Part shown: one piece after another, positions 1 to 10,900 of the stretch
Layout: each line of letters opens with the position of its first letter
How positions within the stretch are numbered: the stretch's first letter is position 1
NCBI GenBank assembly: GCA_044344255.1
Contig: JBIJDH010000026.1
Location: 32,781 to 96,780 of the forward strand
Source of the DNA: Myxococcota bacterium
Lineage (GTDB): Bacteria > Myxococcota_A > UBA796 > UBA2385
Direction: 5' to 3'
DNA length: 64,000 nt
The notes under the pieces: model-generated
Databases searched by the model: none
Seen by the model: only the letters and a program-made list of their open reading frames with translations
Told to the model about the DNA's origin: nothing
Translations under genes and position numbers: made by a program

Positions 1-645
1 CTCGAAGAGCAGCAGCACGTCGATGAAGTCGAGGTAGCTCTCGCAGGTGTCGGTGCCGGGGTTGAGGGCCACGAGGCTGCCCTCGGCGTGGATGGCCGCC
101 GCGTAGCCGTCGTACTGCACGCGCACCCCCTCACAGGAGGCGGTGTCCGGCCCTTCGTCGAGGAAGATGCCGTCTACGCCGTACCAGGAATAATAGAGGT
201 GGACCTCGTCGAGGACGTCGAGCGGGTCTCGCGCTCCGTATCGGGTAGAGACGTAGCCGAGCACCTGCGTGCCGCCGGCCTGAATGGCGGGGACGAGGTC
301 TTGATAGGCCGCGTCGGGCGTGAAGCCGGGGCCGCTGTTGGGGTTGATGACAGCGACGCTCACGTCGTCGTGGGCCTCGGCGAGCGAGGCCCAGAGGCCG
401 CCGTCGTCGAGGTCGGGATAGAAGTAGCTCGGGATGGCGATGGTCTGGTGATCGGTGTCTGCGTCGCTGTCTGCGTCGCTGTCTGCATCCGTGTCCGTGT
501 CCGTGTCCGTGTCCGCGTCGGCGTCAGACTCCTCGGGGGGGCCCGCCTTGGACCCCACGCTGTCGCAGGCGAGGAGCAGGAGGAGCGGGAGGGGCGCGGC
601 GCAGCGCGGCAGCGGCAGGACGGCACCGAGGCGGGGAGGGTTCAT
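1..645 (-). CDS. Spherulin-4 / GH135-like glycoside hydrolase lipoprotein (runs off window start)
   Basis: Not in ORF track. Manual translation from ATG 645 (ATGA overlap with upstream stop): lipobox LLLLAC, DADTD linker, then IPSYFYP, VINPNSGPG, VLGYVSTRYG, VDGIFLDE, LNPG, D-x4-FE, the spherulin-4 motif series. Confidence 0.85.
   Translation of the reverse strand, partial: MNPPRLGAVLPLPRCAAPLPLLLLLACDSVGSKAGPPEESDADADTDTDTDTDADSDADSDADTDHQTIAIPSYFYPDLDDGGLWASLAEAHDDVSVAVINPNSGPGFTPDAAYQDLVPAIQAGGTQVLGYVSTRYGARDPLDVLDEVHLYYSWYGVDGIFLDEGPDTASCEGVRVQYDGYAAAIHAEGSLVALNPGTDTCESYLDFIDVLLLFE
455..525 (-). repeat. Asp-rich low-complexity coding repeat (DADADTDTDTDTDADSDADSDADTD)
   Basis: 6- and 12-bp tandem units (gtgtcc, gtctgcgtcgct) seen directly. 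Confidence 0.9.
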
Positions 646-2360
646 TGGATGTAGCCGAGGGCCCGAAGCGCCGCCTCGTTGAGCGCGGCGGCGTCGCCGG
701 TGGCGTTGGCCAGAGGGGTGGACAGGGCGGTCTCGGCCTCTCTCGAGCGGGTGCCCGCGTGCGGGAGGGGCGAGCGAGCGCCGGGATCGGCCGCGCGGTC
801 ATAGAGCTCCACCCGCGGCCCCGCGGGGGCGTCCCAGGTGGCGATGGCCCGCCGCTCGCGGCTGCGGGCGCTGGTCTGCTGGGGACCATAGAGGTTGCCG
901 CTGGCCGACAGGACGCGGTCTGCTGCGAGCGGCCCGCGCAGGTCCTGTCCGGCCCCACCGCCCGCCGGGAGGCCCGCGGCGGCGCGCAGGGTGGCGGCGA
1001 CGTCCACCAGGGAGGCCTCGGTCTCGCGGGGCCCGGGGGTGAGGCCCGGGGCGCGCAGGGCGAGCGGGACGTCGAGGACCTCGCCGTGGTGGCTGTGGCC
1101 GTGCTCGAAGCCGCCGTGGTCCCAGAGCTCTTCGCCGTGGTCGGCGGTGAAGAGGAGCACGCCACCCTGCTCGAAGAAGCGGCGGGCCTCGAGCGCGTCG
1201 AGGACACGGCCGATCTGCGCGTCCTCATAGGCCACCTCCCGCCGATAGGCCGCGCGCACCGCCTCCTTCAGGGCGGGGGTGACCTCGACGCGGGACTCGC
1301 GCACGTCCTGGGGAGAGTGGAGGGCGAGGGCGGGGTCGCCGTCGGGGAGGTGGGCGTAGGGGAGGTGGCAGTCGAAGAGGTGGACCCAGAGCAGGAAGCC
1401 GCGGTCGGGGGCCGCGTCGAGCCAGCCGAGGGCGCGGTCGACCACGCGGGCGCCGTCCTGGCTGTGCGGCCCCGGCCGGCGCCCCATCCAGAGCAAGGGC
1501 TGGCGGAGGTCTTCGTCGGGGTTGCTCCAGGTCGAGAAGCCGCGCCGGAAGCCGAGGCCCGAGGCGATGAAGGGGTTGGCGACGAAGGCGGCGGTGGCGT
1601 AGCCGGCCCGGCCGAGCTCTTCGGCCAGCAGGGGCGCGCCCTCGGCCATCGGCGAGAAGCCCCCGGCGGGGATCAAGGCGGCGCCGTGCTCGGCGGGGGT
1701 GAGGCCTGTCCAGAGCGAGGCGAGGGAGGGCACCGTCCAGGAGGCGGTCGCCATCGCCCGCTCCCAGGTGGCGCCGCCCTGCTGCAAGCGCGCCCAGGAC
1801 TTCATCCTCACCGCCTCGTCGGAGCGGAGCGTGTCGACCGTGAGCACGACGATGGGCGGGGCGTCGGCCCCGGCGGGGGCCGGGCGGAGGCGGGTGAGGG
1901 GAGAGAGGAGGTCTTCGCCCAGGCGGCGGTGGGGCTCGGCCACCGGGTTCGTGAAGAGCACCACCGCCCGCGCCACCCCGGCCCCGCCCAGGGCGAGGAG
2001 GAGGCCGGCGCCGCGGGGGAGGCGGGTGAGGAGGTCGTCGCCGACCCGCACCGCCATCACGCCGAAGAGCAGCGCGCCGAGGACCGCGAGGGCGAAGGTG
2101 GGGCCATGGAGCTCGGGGGCGCGGAGGGCGGCGCCGGCGATCAGGGCGACTGGGGCCCAGGCGGGGGAGGCGAGCCAGCCGGAGGGGGCGAAGCGGGCCT
2201 GGAGGCCGCCCACCAGGGCGCAGAGGGCGAGCTCGGCGGCGGCCTGCAAGGCGAGGGGGGGCTCGGCGGTCTCGCGGGCGAGGAGGAGCTCACCGACGCC
2301 CGCGGTCAGCCAGGCGCCGAGCGGCCCTGCGGCGGCGTCGGCGAGCCGCCGGCCGGTCAA
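642..2360 (-). CDS. Membrane-anchored sulfatase-like / alkaline phosphatase superfamily enzyme
   Basis: N-terminal TM helices; VDTLRSD, ASWTVPSLASLWTG, HLFDCHLPY, TADHGEE, EHGHSH, C-terminal LRALGYIQ. Confidence 0.85.
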   Translation of the reverse strand: MTGRRLADAAAGPLGAWLTAGVGELLLARETAEPPLALQAAAELALCALVGGLQARFAPSGWLASPAWAPVALIAGAALRAPELHGPTFALAVLGALLFGVMAVRVGDDLLTRLPRGAGLLLALGGAGVARAVVLFTNPVAEPHRRLGEDLLSPLTRLRPAPAGADAPPIVVLTVDTLRSDEAVRMKSWARLQQGGATWERAMATASWTVPSLASLWTGLTPAEHGAALIPAGGFSPMAEGAPLLAEELGRAGYATAAFVANPFIASGLGFRRGFSTWSNPDEDLRQPLLWMGRRPGPHSQDGARVVDRALGWLDAAPDRGFLLWVHLFDCHLPYAHLPDGDPALALHSPQDVRESRVEVTPALKEAVRAAYRREVAYEDAQIGRVLDALEARRFFEQGGVLLFTADHGEELWDHGGFEHGHSHHGEVLDVPLALRAPGLTPGPRETEASLVDVAATLRAAAGLPAGGGAGQDLRGPLAADRVLSASGNLYGPQQTSARSRERRAIATWDAPAGPRVELYDRAADPGARSPLPHAGTRSREAETALSTPLANATGDAAALNEAALRALGYIQ

Positions 2361-3253
2361 GGGGCCCTTCTCTGCTCGGCGAGGCGGGTCAGGGTCTCGA
2401 CGAGGCTCTTCTGGATCGCGCCGGGGGGCGGCACGAGGCCGAAGGCGTCGGGGATGGCGCCGAGCTCGTCCCAGGCGTTCACCTCGACCTCGAGGGTCCA
2501 GCCGAGGGAGGGGAGCGTGACCACGAGGCCCTCGGGCAGCCAGGCGCGGCCCACCCGCCGGAAGTCGCTGTAGGTCACGGTGGCGAAGGTCTCGGCCAGC
2601 TCGAGGCCGCCGCCGGGGCCGGACCGGCCGAGCTCGAGGGAGAGCACCACGTCCTTTCGGGGGTCGAGCCGGGCGCGGAGCCGGAGGTCCTCACAGCGGA
2701 GCCCGGCGGCGGCGCCCTCGGCGCAGCCCGGGACCTTGGGCGCGCCGAGCACGACGGCCACGTCGCGATCGACGGCCACCGCCGAGAGCAGGGGCGCCTC
2801 GGACAAGGGGAGGCGGGCCATGAAGATGGAGAGGAGGTCTGCCGGCGACACGGCCCCCCCGCTGAGGGCGCCGAGCACGACGAGGGCGTCGTCGCCGCGG
2901 TAGAAGGTCGTGTCCCGCGGCGACCACACGTGGAGGGCCCGCCCGTCGGTGGCGAGCGTGTAGAAGGGCGTGCCGAGCGGGGTCAGGATCTCGACCCGCA
3001 GGCGATCGGGGGCGTGCATCACGAGGCCGCCCTTGGTGCTCCCGCCGGTGGCGGGCCCCTTCACGGTGATGTCGAAGCGGGCCTGGAGCGCGAAGGGGGC
3101 GGGGGCGTCTCGCTGCTGCTCGACCACGGCGGAGGGGTCCCGTCGAGGGGAGCGGGCGCCCTCCTTCGGCGCGCAGGCCGCCACCCCGAGCCACAGGAGC
3201 GAGAGGAGGAGGAGGGGAGTCCAAGCACGATGGAGGGGTCGAAGCGGCCGCAT
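2357..3253 (-). CDS. Lipoprotein, DUF4292/LolB-like fold
   Basis: Lipobox VAAC; PDRLRVEILTPLG...TDGRALHVW pattern typical of LolA/LolB-like proteins. Confidence 0.6.
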   Translation of the reverse strand: MRPLRPLHRAWTPLLLLSLLWLGVAACAPKEGARSPRRDPSAVVEQQRDAPAPFALQARFDITVKGPATGGSTKGGLVMHAPDRLRVEILTPLGTPFYTLATDGRALHVWSPRDTTFYRGDDALVVLGALSGGAVSPADLLSIFMARLPLSEAPLLSAVAVDRDVAVVLGAPKVPGCAEGAAAGLRCEDLRLRARLDPRKDVVLSLELGRSGPGGGLELAETFATVTYSDFRRVGRAWLPEGLVVTLPSLGWTLEVEVNAWDELGAIPDAFGLVPPPGAIQKSLVETLTRLAEQRRAP

Positions 3254-3287
3254 CGCGCGCGGTTAACCGATCGGGGCCCCTGGGGGA

Positions 3288-3713
3288 TCAGGGAGCGGGC
3301 GGCGCGCTCGGGCTCGGGCTCGGGCCGGGGCTCGGCGGCACGGCGAGGGTGGCGAGGGCGGCGAGGCCGGCGAGGGCGCGCGGCTCCCCGGGGGCGCGGC
3401 GGAGGGCCTCCTCGTAGCGGGCGCGGGCGAGGGCGACCTCTCCCCGCGCGGCGTGGGCCTCTCCGGCCGCGATCAAGGGGTAGGGGCTCTGTCGGTCGAA
3501 GAGGGCGGCCTCCTCGAAGGCCCGCGCCGCCTCGTCGAGCTCCCCCGCCGAGCGGGCCAGCGCGCCGCGGAGGTACCAGCCCACCGCTGGGGCTTGGAGG
3601 GCGGGCGGACGGGGCGGCGTCGTCGGCGTCGGCGGCGGTGAGGCCGGCGCCCCGCGATGGAGGCACCCGCCGAGCAGGCAGAGGCTCAGGAGTTTGGCAG
3701 CTCGTAGGCCCAC
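3288..3713 (-). CDS. Small TPR lipoprotein
   Basis: In-frame GTG at 3713; LLGGC lipobox; TPR-like helices GELDEAARAFEEA and ARARYEEALRRAP. Confidence 0.65.
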   Translation of the reverse strand: MGLRAAKLLSLCLLGGCLHRGAPASPPPTPTTPPRPPALQAPAVGWYLRGALARSAGELDEAARAFEEAALFDRQSPYPLIAAGEAHAARGEVALARARYEEALRRAPGEPRALAGLAALATLAVPPSPGPSPSPSAPPAP

Positions 3714-5404
3714 AGCGCGCGCGCCCCCTTCTTGATCGGCCAGATCGTGGCGAAGACACAGGCCCCCACCGCGGCGAGGAGCGGCAGCACCACGGCGAAC
3801 CACTCCCAGGTGAGGAGGGCCCGCTCTTTGTAGTCGGCCTTGAGCACGAGGTAGATCGGCGCCGCCTCGAGCAGCATCACGACCGCGACGAGCGAGAGGG
3901 CATAGGCCATGAAGAGGAGGGCGGTCGGGCTCGCCGCCACCCGCTGCGCGCTGTCCGCCTTGAAGTCGGGCCAGGTGGCTCCGACCCCCACCGCGATGCC
4001 CGACAGGCCGAAGCCCAGCCCGAAGGCGTTGCCGACCGCGACGAAGAGCTGAAAGGTGCCGGCCTTGAGCAGGAGCATCGAGGGGACGGCGATGCCGAGG
4101 CCGAGCATCACGATGAGCGGCAGCGCCGGCCAGACCTTGGCCCAGAGGAGCTGCTCGGGCCGAATGGGGGCGGTGCGGATGAACCAGAAGGCCCGCGACT
4201 CCAGGGAGATCGCGGGGAACTGGAAGCGCGTCGCGATGGCGGCCATGATGAAGCCGACCATCGCGTGGCTCGCATAGGCGATGAAATTGGACCAGAAGAC
4301 CGCATAGGCGCCGCGAAAGACGTCGCGCGGCAGGTAGGCGACGCTGGTGAGCGCGATGGCGACGATGCTCGCGACGAGGAAGAGCTGGCTCCACTGGGCG
4401 GGGTCGCGGATGAAGACCTTGACGTCCTTGACCACCATCGGGCGGATGATCGGCGGCAAGGGGGCGGTCCAGACCTGGAGGACGCGGTCGAGCCAGCCGG
4501 ACTTGGCGAGGCGGGCGGTGCGGGCCTCCTGGGAGCGGGCCCGGCCCTCGTCATAGACCGTATCGGTCAGGTGGCGGGCGACGGCCATCATCACCACGCC
4601 GCCGCTCAGCAGGAGGCCGAGCTCTATCCAGGGGAAGGGCTTGTCCATCAGCGAGGCGATGAGGAGGTCGCTCGTCCAGCGCATCGGCGTGAAGCGGGGG
4701 AGCGGGGCTTGCATCCCGGCGACATAGGCAGCGACGCTCTCGAAGCTCTCGGCGTCCACGAGGCGCTCGGGGCGGATGAGGCGGAGCATCATGAACAGGA
4801 AGACCACCACCACCACGCCCACGAGCACCATCGCCTCCCGGATCTTGCGGGCCGGGAAGAACCGGACGAGCACGCTCGCGATGCAGAGGGCCAAGGAGGA
4901 GGGGAAGAGCAAGAAGCCCGGCAGCACGATGAGGATGGTGGCGTACCAGCGGAGCCCCGCCTCGTAGGCGTTACCATAGGCCACCACCATGGGCAGGCCG
5001 AAGAAGATCAGCATCCAGCTCGACTGGATGATCTGGTCAATGAAGCGGGCGAAGAAGAAGGAGGGGCGACTGACCGGCAGGGAGTGGACGAGGTCGAGGT
5101 CGTCCGACAGATAAAAGGTGGACAGGGCCGTGACCACGCCCGAGAAGCCCACGAGCGGGAAGAGGCCGAGCACCATCAGCTCGAGCAGCGTGCGGGCGAT
5201 GATCGGGCCGAAGATCTCGACCTCGTGGAAGGCGTCTACGATCCAGATGAGGAAGGCGAAGATGCCCGCCCAGAAGGTGAGCCCGAAGAGGCCGAGGAGC
5301 GCGTAGGTGAAGCGGTCCGCCTTCGGCGCTCGGGTCCAGCGGTTCCGCTGGGCGCGGAGCCGGGGCCACAAGAGGGCCAGAAAGGCGGGGGTGTTGGCGT
5401 TCAA
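3686..5404 (-). CDS. Putative ABC-2 type transporter permease
   Basis: About 12 TM segments; DLDLVHSLPV, KDVKVFIRDPAQWSQ and ISLESRAFWFIRTAPI motifs. Confidence 0.8.
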   Translation of the reverse strand: MNANTPAFLALLWPRLRAQRNRWTRAPKADRFTYALLGLFGLTFWAGIFAFLIWIVDAFHEVEIFGPIIARTLLELMVLGLFPLVGFSGVVTALSTFYLSDDLDLVHSLPVSRPSFFFARFIDQIIQSSWMLIFFGLPMVVAYGNAYEAGLRWYATILIVLPGFLLFPSSLALCIASVLVRFFPARKIREAMVLVGVVVVVFLFMMLRLIRPERLVDAESFESVAAYVAGMQAPLPRFTPMRWTSDLLIASLMDKPFPWIELGLLLSGGVVMMAVARHLTDTVYDEGRARSQEARTARLAKSGWLDRVLQVWTAPLPPIIRPMVVKDVKVFIRDPAQWSQLFLVASIVAIALTSVAYLPRDVFRGAYAVFWSNFIAYASHAMVGFIMAAIATRFQFPAISLESRAFWFIRTAPIRPEQLLWAKVWPALPLIVMLGLGIAVPSMLLLKAGTFQLFVAVGNAFGLGFGLSGIAVGVGATWPDFKADSAQRVAASPTALLFMAYALSLVAVVMLLEAAPIYLVLKADYKERALLTWEWFAVVLPLLAAVGACVFATIWPIKKGARALWAYELPNS

Positions 5405-5407
5405 CGC

Positions 5408-6541
5408 TTACTCCTTCGCGGGCTCCCAGGGGGAGGCGTTCGTCTCCTCCCCCTTCTTGACGGTCTGTCGGATGTAGGCTCGCAGGAGCTTGTTCCGCTG
5501 CGCCCCGCCCACGAGGGCGCGGAGGTCTTCGTAGAGGGCAGGGTCCTTCGCGAGGAGGCCGATGCTGCCTTCACCGGAGTTGATGGCCTCGCTCGTCTGC
5601 TTGAGGGCGGCCGCGGTGGCGGCGAGGTCGTCGACCATCTTCGCCTTCTCGGGGTCATAGACGAGGGAGTGGACGACGGAGTCCTTGTCGCGGATGTCGG
5701 TGGCCAGCGCCGCCATCGCCTCGGCCACGGCGGAGAGGTCGGTGGCGAGCTTCTTGCCCTCGTCGCCGTAGACGAGCTGGTGCGCGATGCCGTCGCCGGT
5801 GCGGATCTCGGTGGTGGTGGCGCGGAGGTCGGCGCTCATGCCCTCGAGGTTGGTGAGCGTGCCCTGCACCTTGGTGGTCATCCCCTTGTCGTAGACGAGG
5901 GCGTGCATGAGGCCGTCGCCGTTCTCGGCGGCGCCGAGGATGCTCTCGAGGTGCTGGAAGGAGCGGGAGAGGCTGGCCTTGGCGGCCTCCTGGTCATCGC
6001 CCAGCATCAGGTTGACCTTGTGGGCGATCTTGCTCGTGCTCTCCAGGATTTGAGTGACCTTCTTCGAGTACTCGAGGAAGTCGAGGGCCTCCTCCGTCTC
6101 GATCCAGTCTTCGTCTTCGAGCTGGGGGCTCTTGGGGTCGCCCATCGTGATCGAGACGTACTTGTCGCCGATCACGCCCACGGTGTCGATGCGGGCCTCG
6201 GAGTCCTTCCGGATGCGGGGCTGGAAGTCGCTCATGATCTTCATCTCGACGTAGACCTGGCGCACGCCGAGGTCATCCGAGAAGGTGATCTTGGTGACCT
6301 CGCCGACGTCCCAGCCTGCGAGGCGGACGGTGGAGCCCTCTTTCAGGCCGCCGATGTCGTCCCAGGCCCCTTGGAGCGTGTAGCGGTTCGCCAGGAGATC
6401 GGTGGAGCCTCCGACGAAGAACAGCACGACGCCGGTGACGATGATGAGGCCGAAGACGAAGATGCCGACCTTGATCTCCCTCGCGCGCTCGGGGGCGTCC
6501 GCGGGGTTGACGTCGGGCTGGGGGAGCGGCGCGGCGGTCAT
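5408..6541 (-). CDS. mlaD: MCE/MlaD family protein with long helical extension
   Basis: EIKVGIFV TM; GGLKEGSTVRLAGWDVGEV; IDTVGVIGDKYVSI MCE signature. Confidence 0.9.
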   Translation of the reverse strand: MTAAPLPQPDVNPADAPERAREIKVGIFVFGLIIVTGVVLFFVGGSTDLLANRYTLQGAWDDIGGLKEGSTVRLAGWDVGEVTKITFSDDLGVRQVYVEMKIMSDFQPRIRKDSEARIDTVGVIGDKYVSITMGDPKSPQLEDEDWIETEEALDFLEYSKKVTQILESTSKIAHKVNLMLGDDQEAAKASLSRSFQHLESILGAAENGDGLMHALVYDKGMTTKVQGTLTNLEGMSADLRATTTEIRTGDGIAHQLVYGDEGKKLATDLSAVAEAMAALATDIRDKDSVVHSLVYDPEKAKMVDDLAATAAALKQTSEAINSGEGSIGLLAKDPALYEDLRALVGGAQRNKLLRAYIRQTVKKGEETNASPWEPAKE

Positions 6542-6663
6542 GGAGACCCTCCGCCGCGCCCTGTATCGCAGCCCCCGGCTCCGCCGCCACCCCCCGGCTG
6601 TGAGCCGCCGGGCTGGCCACCCTCTCCCTCCGGAGGGTACGCTGCCCGCAGCCCGAGGTCTTC

Positions 6664-7887
6664 ATGCGCTGCCGCTCGTCCGCTCTCTCCTCCCTGCTCT
6701 CGCTCGCCTCCCTCGGCGCCTTCGCCTGCTCCCAGGGCCACGAGTTCGACTACGTCAAGCCGAGCGAGGAGGGCGACGCCGACACCGACGCCGACGCGGA
6801 CAGCGACGCTGACGCCGACGCCGACGGGGACAACGACGGGGATGGCTTCACCGTCGAGGAGGGCGACTGCGATGACGAGGACATCGGGGTCAACCCCGCC
6901 CGCGACGAGGACCCTGCCGACGGCAAGGACAACGACTGCGACGGGCGGCTCGACGAGCAGTGGTCCGGGCTCGTGGCCGCCTTTCAGCAGGATGGCGGCG
7001 GCTCGGCGCTCCAGGTCTTCGACACCGTCGGGCAGGTAGACCAGACGATCACCCTGGACGACGATGAGGTTGTGCCCTACGCCGTCGACGCGGGGCTCAA
7101 CGGCGGCTGGGTCGTGACGGGCACGCCGCTCTACATCAACATCTCGGCCGGCACTCCCTCCTTCGAGTACGACGTGGCCACGGTGTACGAGGTGTCCCCG
7201 GATGGCACCACCACGGCGCTCGCCGAATTCGGTGATGACTTTTACGACGACACGATGTTTTATTGGTATGGACCGCTTGTCCAGTCGGTCCGCGTCCACC
7301 CGGATGGCTGGTATGTGGCCGCCTTGCCCGGCGCGCTCTACCGCATCGACACCGACGGCACGGTCACCGAGCTCGCCACCTGGGCCTGGGACATCAACGA
7401 CGACACCACCTTCGAGCTCTATGCGATCGACCTCGCGGTGGACATCCAGACCGGTGAGGTCGGCGTGCTCGACCTCCTCGGCGGCTTCGCGACGTGGACC
7501 GAGGAGGGGGGCCTCGTCCAGCACCGAAAGGCTGACCTCTCCGACGGCTGGGCCAATTGGGACGCCAAGATCGGCATCGGCCTCGTGGCGCAAGACGAGG
7601 GCCTCGGCTGGTACGCGATGCAGGGCGACTTCGCGGTGGGGTCCTATTCCCTCCAACAATTCAACCTCGGCTCCGGGCAGTGGACCACCACCCTCGAGTG
7701 GGAGGAGAGCCTCCTCCGTCCGCTGGCCATCGCCGCCGACGGTGACCACGGGGAATTTTATGTGAGCGCGAAGGGCGGCGACCACTACACCCTCTGGCGC
7801 CTCCGTGTGGATGGTGCGCTGGTCGACGACTTCTTCGACGAGGTGGCCGACGGGCGAAACCTCTGGGGCCTCGCCAGCGCATATTGA
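6664..7887 (+). CDS. Acidic lipoprotein with DAD linker, MopE-like metal-binding motif and probable beta-propeller
   Basis: Lipobox AFAC; DADTDADADSD; DGDGF...GDCDD...VNP...DGKDNDCDG. Confidence 0.75.
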   Translation: MRCRSSALSSLLSLASLGAFACSQGHEFDYVKPSEEGDADTDADADSDADADADGDNDGDGFTVEEGDCDDEDIGVNPARDEDPADGKDNDCDGRLDEQWSGLVAAFQQDGGGSALQVFDTVGQVDQTITLDDDEVVPYAVDAGLNGGWVVTGTPLYINISAGTPSFEYDVATVYEVSPDGTTTALAEFGDDFYDDTMFYWYGPLVQSVRVHPDGWYVAALPGALYRIDTDGTVTELATWAWDINDDTTFELYAIDLAVDIQTGEVGVLDLLGGFATWTEEGGLVQHRKADLSDGWANWDAKIGIGLVAQDEGLGWYAMQGDFAVGSYSLQQFNLGSGQWTTTLEWEESLLRPLAIAADGDHGEFYVSAKGGDHYTLWRLRVDGALVDDFFDEVADGRNLWGLASAY

Positions 7888-7959
7888 CAGAAGTTCGGTG
7901 AAGCCGGCGAGCGCCGAGGCGGCCAATCGGGTTAGCCGGGCGGCCTGTTTGGAGCCCTG

Positions 7960-10900
7960 ATGGCCGGCCGGCGTCCTTCCTCCCCTTCGACCGAACCTCT
8001 TCCCGCGTCTCCGATGAAGCCTGCGCCGAGGGTCCCGCCCGCGTCCGACGTGCCGAACGCCGACGACTCCGCCTTCAGTCGCCTCCTCGCGTGGTTCGCC
8101 GCGGAGCGGCCGCACCTCCTCTCGCGGCGCCTCGCCGACGCCCTCTTCACGCTCGCCAGCCACCCCAACACCCGCCAGGCCATCGAGGCGCGGGTCACGC
8201 AGTCGGGGGCCGATCCCACCACGATCACGGTGCGGGAGGCCCTGAGCTCCGCGCCCCTGCGCGCGCTGCTCATCGGCGCCCGCGTCCACACGATGTTCGC
8301 CGCGACCCTTCGAAATTGGGCTGTCGCCGGCGCGGTCGTCTCGCCGGCCGATCCCATCCTCCCCGGAGTTGGCTCGGAGCGCCTCGAAGCCTGGGCGCGC
8401 CGCAACCGGGTCCCCGATCGGCCGTATATGCCCCTGGCCGGCCTGCCTGACCTTGACACCGCCTCCTGGGGTTGGACCCTCTCCAACCCCGAGACCACGA
8501 TCTCCGGGGCGATCTGCGCGGCGCCGGCCACCGGGAGTCGTCGCTCGGTCTGGGCGCCGCCGCCGGGGCTCGTCAAGCGGGCCATCGAGTGGCTGCAGCA
8601 GGAGGCCCGCACACAGCTGCCTGACCCGGTCGAGCCCTTCCCCGAGGAGGGCGACCCCCACAGCCGTCGCTTTCGGGCCCGCCTGGACGAGCTGCGCGGC
8701 CGGCTGCGCGCCGAGGTCGTCCCCCGCGCGCCGGCCGCGGAGCCCTGGTCCGTCGTGGTCGAGTCGCACCAGGAGCAGATCGTCGGCAGCTCGGTCGGGC
8801 CCTGGCCCTGCGCCGGGCGACGCGGCTCCGTGGCCATCGGGCTGAACCTCCAGGACGCGGACGTCCCGCTCACCCTCCGCTGCGCCTGCCCCAACCGCAC
8901 GGGCGCGCGCTGCGCCGCCGGGCTCTCCTTCCTCGACGCCCTCCGCGGCAGCCTCTCCGCCCCCGAGCCCGGCCCTGCGGCCCGCGCCATCCGCGACACG
9001 CTCAGCACCCCGGTCTGGCTCCGGGCCCTGCGAGAGCTCGACCAGGCCCTGTCCGTCTTCAACGACACCGATGACGCGCCCATCGGCTGGATCGTGAAAG
9101 GAGAGGGAACTCGAAGGGCGCTCCGCGCCTGCCGGGTGCGGGAGAAGAAGCGGGGAGAGGGCGTCAAGCTCGACTTTACCACCCAGGTTCGCGGTCACCC
9201 GCGCGCCACCTTCCAAGACGAGAAGGTCGCCGCGCTCACCCAGGTCGACTCGTATTACCTGAAGGACTCCCACCTGCTCGTGGCCCTCGAGACCCTGCAG
9301 GGACACCCGCATGTCTTTGACGAAGATCGGCGGCCCCTCCAGATCGTGACCGGTGTGGGTCAGCTCTGTTTTCGAAGTCAGGCCCTCCCGTCGGCGGTCG
9401 AGGTCGGCGACGACGAGCTGCGCGAGATCGAGGTCGTCCTGCAGATCGGCCCGGCCACGCTGCCGATCTCCGAGGCGGTGGTCAACACGGGGTTTGTTGA
9501 GCATCGAGTCGGAGACACCATCTATCTGTTCCGGTTGGACGAGGCGACCGTCCGGGCCGCCAATGCGCTCCAGCGGCTCGGCTCCCGCTTCCCCGCGGAG
9601 GCGGCGGCCGAGCTGCTCCCCCGCCTCGGGCAGCTCGCCAACCGGACCTCCCTCCGCATGGAGGGGCTCGGCGACACCGAGAGGTGCGACGCGCCCACCT
9701 CGCCGATCGTGCTGCTGCAGCGCCGGGTGGACGGGGGCCTCTCGGTCCGCGTGGGGGTGCGCCCCCATGAGTCGATGCCCGTGATCGAGGCCGGGCTCGG
9801 CGACGCCCAGCTCTGGCGGGGGACGACCACCGGCCTCATCCACATCACGCGCGACCTCGACGCCGAGGTGCTGGCGACCGCCGACCTCTGCGGGCAGCTC
9901 GGCATCGACGGCACCACCGAGCAGATCATCCCCCTCGGTGAGCCCCTCCTGGACCTCCTCGACCGGCTGCGGCAGATGGGCGACACCGTCACCGTGGAGT
10001 GGAACGGGTCGCCCACCCGCCTCCACCGCGCGGTCAAGGGGAGAGACCTCAAGGTCCAGCTCGGCGACCAGCGTGACTGGTTCGGTGTGAGCGGCTCGGT
10101 GGAGACCGAGGGCGGCCCGATCCCGCTCGGCGAGCTCCTCGCCGCCCTGCGCGAGCGGCGGGCTTGGGTGGCCGTGGGCGAGGACGGCTGGGCCCGCATC
10201 GATGAGGCCCTCCGGGAGCGGCTCGCCCGCCTCGCGGCGGCCTCGCGCAACGTCCGCGGCAAGGAGGAGCTCTCCCCGCTGCACGCCGAGGTGGTCGAGG
10301 CCCTCCGCGAGGAGGGGGTCCAGGTCGACGCAGACCGTGAGTGGGCGGCGCGGGTGAGCCGCATGCGGGAGGCCATGTCCTCGGACCCCGCCCTCCCCGC
10401 GGGGCTCCAGGCCACGCTCCGCCCCTACCAGCTCGAGGGTTACCGCTGGATCCAGCGCCTCGCCGCCTGGGCCGGAGGGGCCGTGCTCGCCGATGACATG
10501 GGGCTCGGCAAGACCCTGCAGGCCTTGACCGTGCTGCAGGCGCGGGCCGCCCTCGGGCCCGCCCTCGTGGTGGCGCCCACCTCCGTCGGCTTCAATTGGC
10601 TGCGGGAGGCCGCCGCCTTCACGCCGGAGCTGCGGGTGCGCTCTCAGCGGGGGGCCGAGCGCTACGTCGATCCCGCCACCCTCGGCCCGGGCGATGTGGT
10701 GGTCACGAGCTACGACCTCCTCATCCGCGACATCGATCGCCTGCGCATCCCCTGGGCCACGCTGGTGCTCGACGAGGCCCACGCCGTCAAGAACCCCGAC
10801 ACCCAGCGCGCGCGCGCCACTCGCGAGATCAACGCCGACCTCCGCCTCGCCCTGACCGGCACCCCGATGGAGAACCGCCTCTCGGAGCTCTGGAGCCTCT

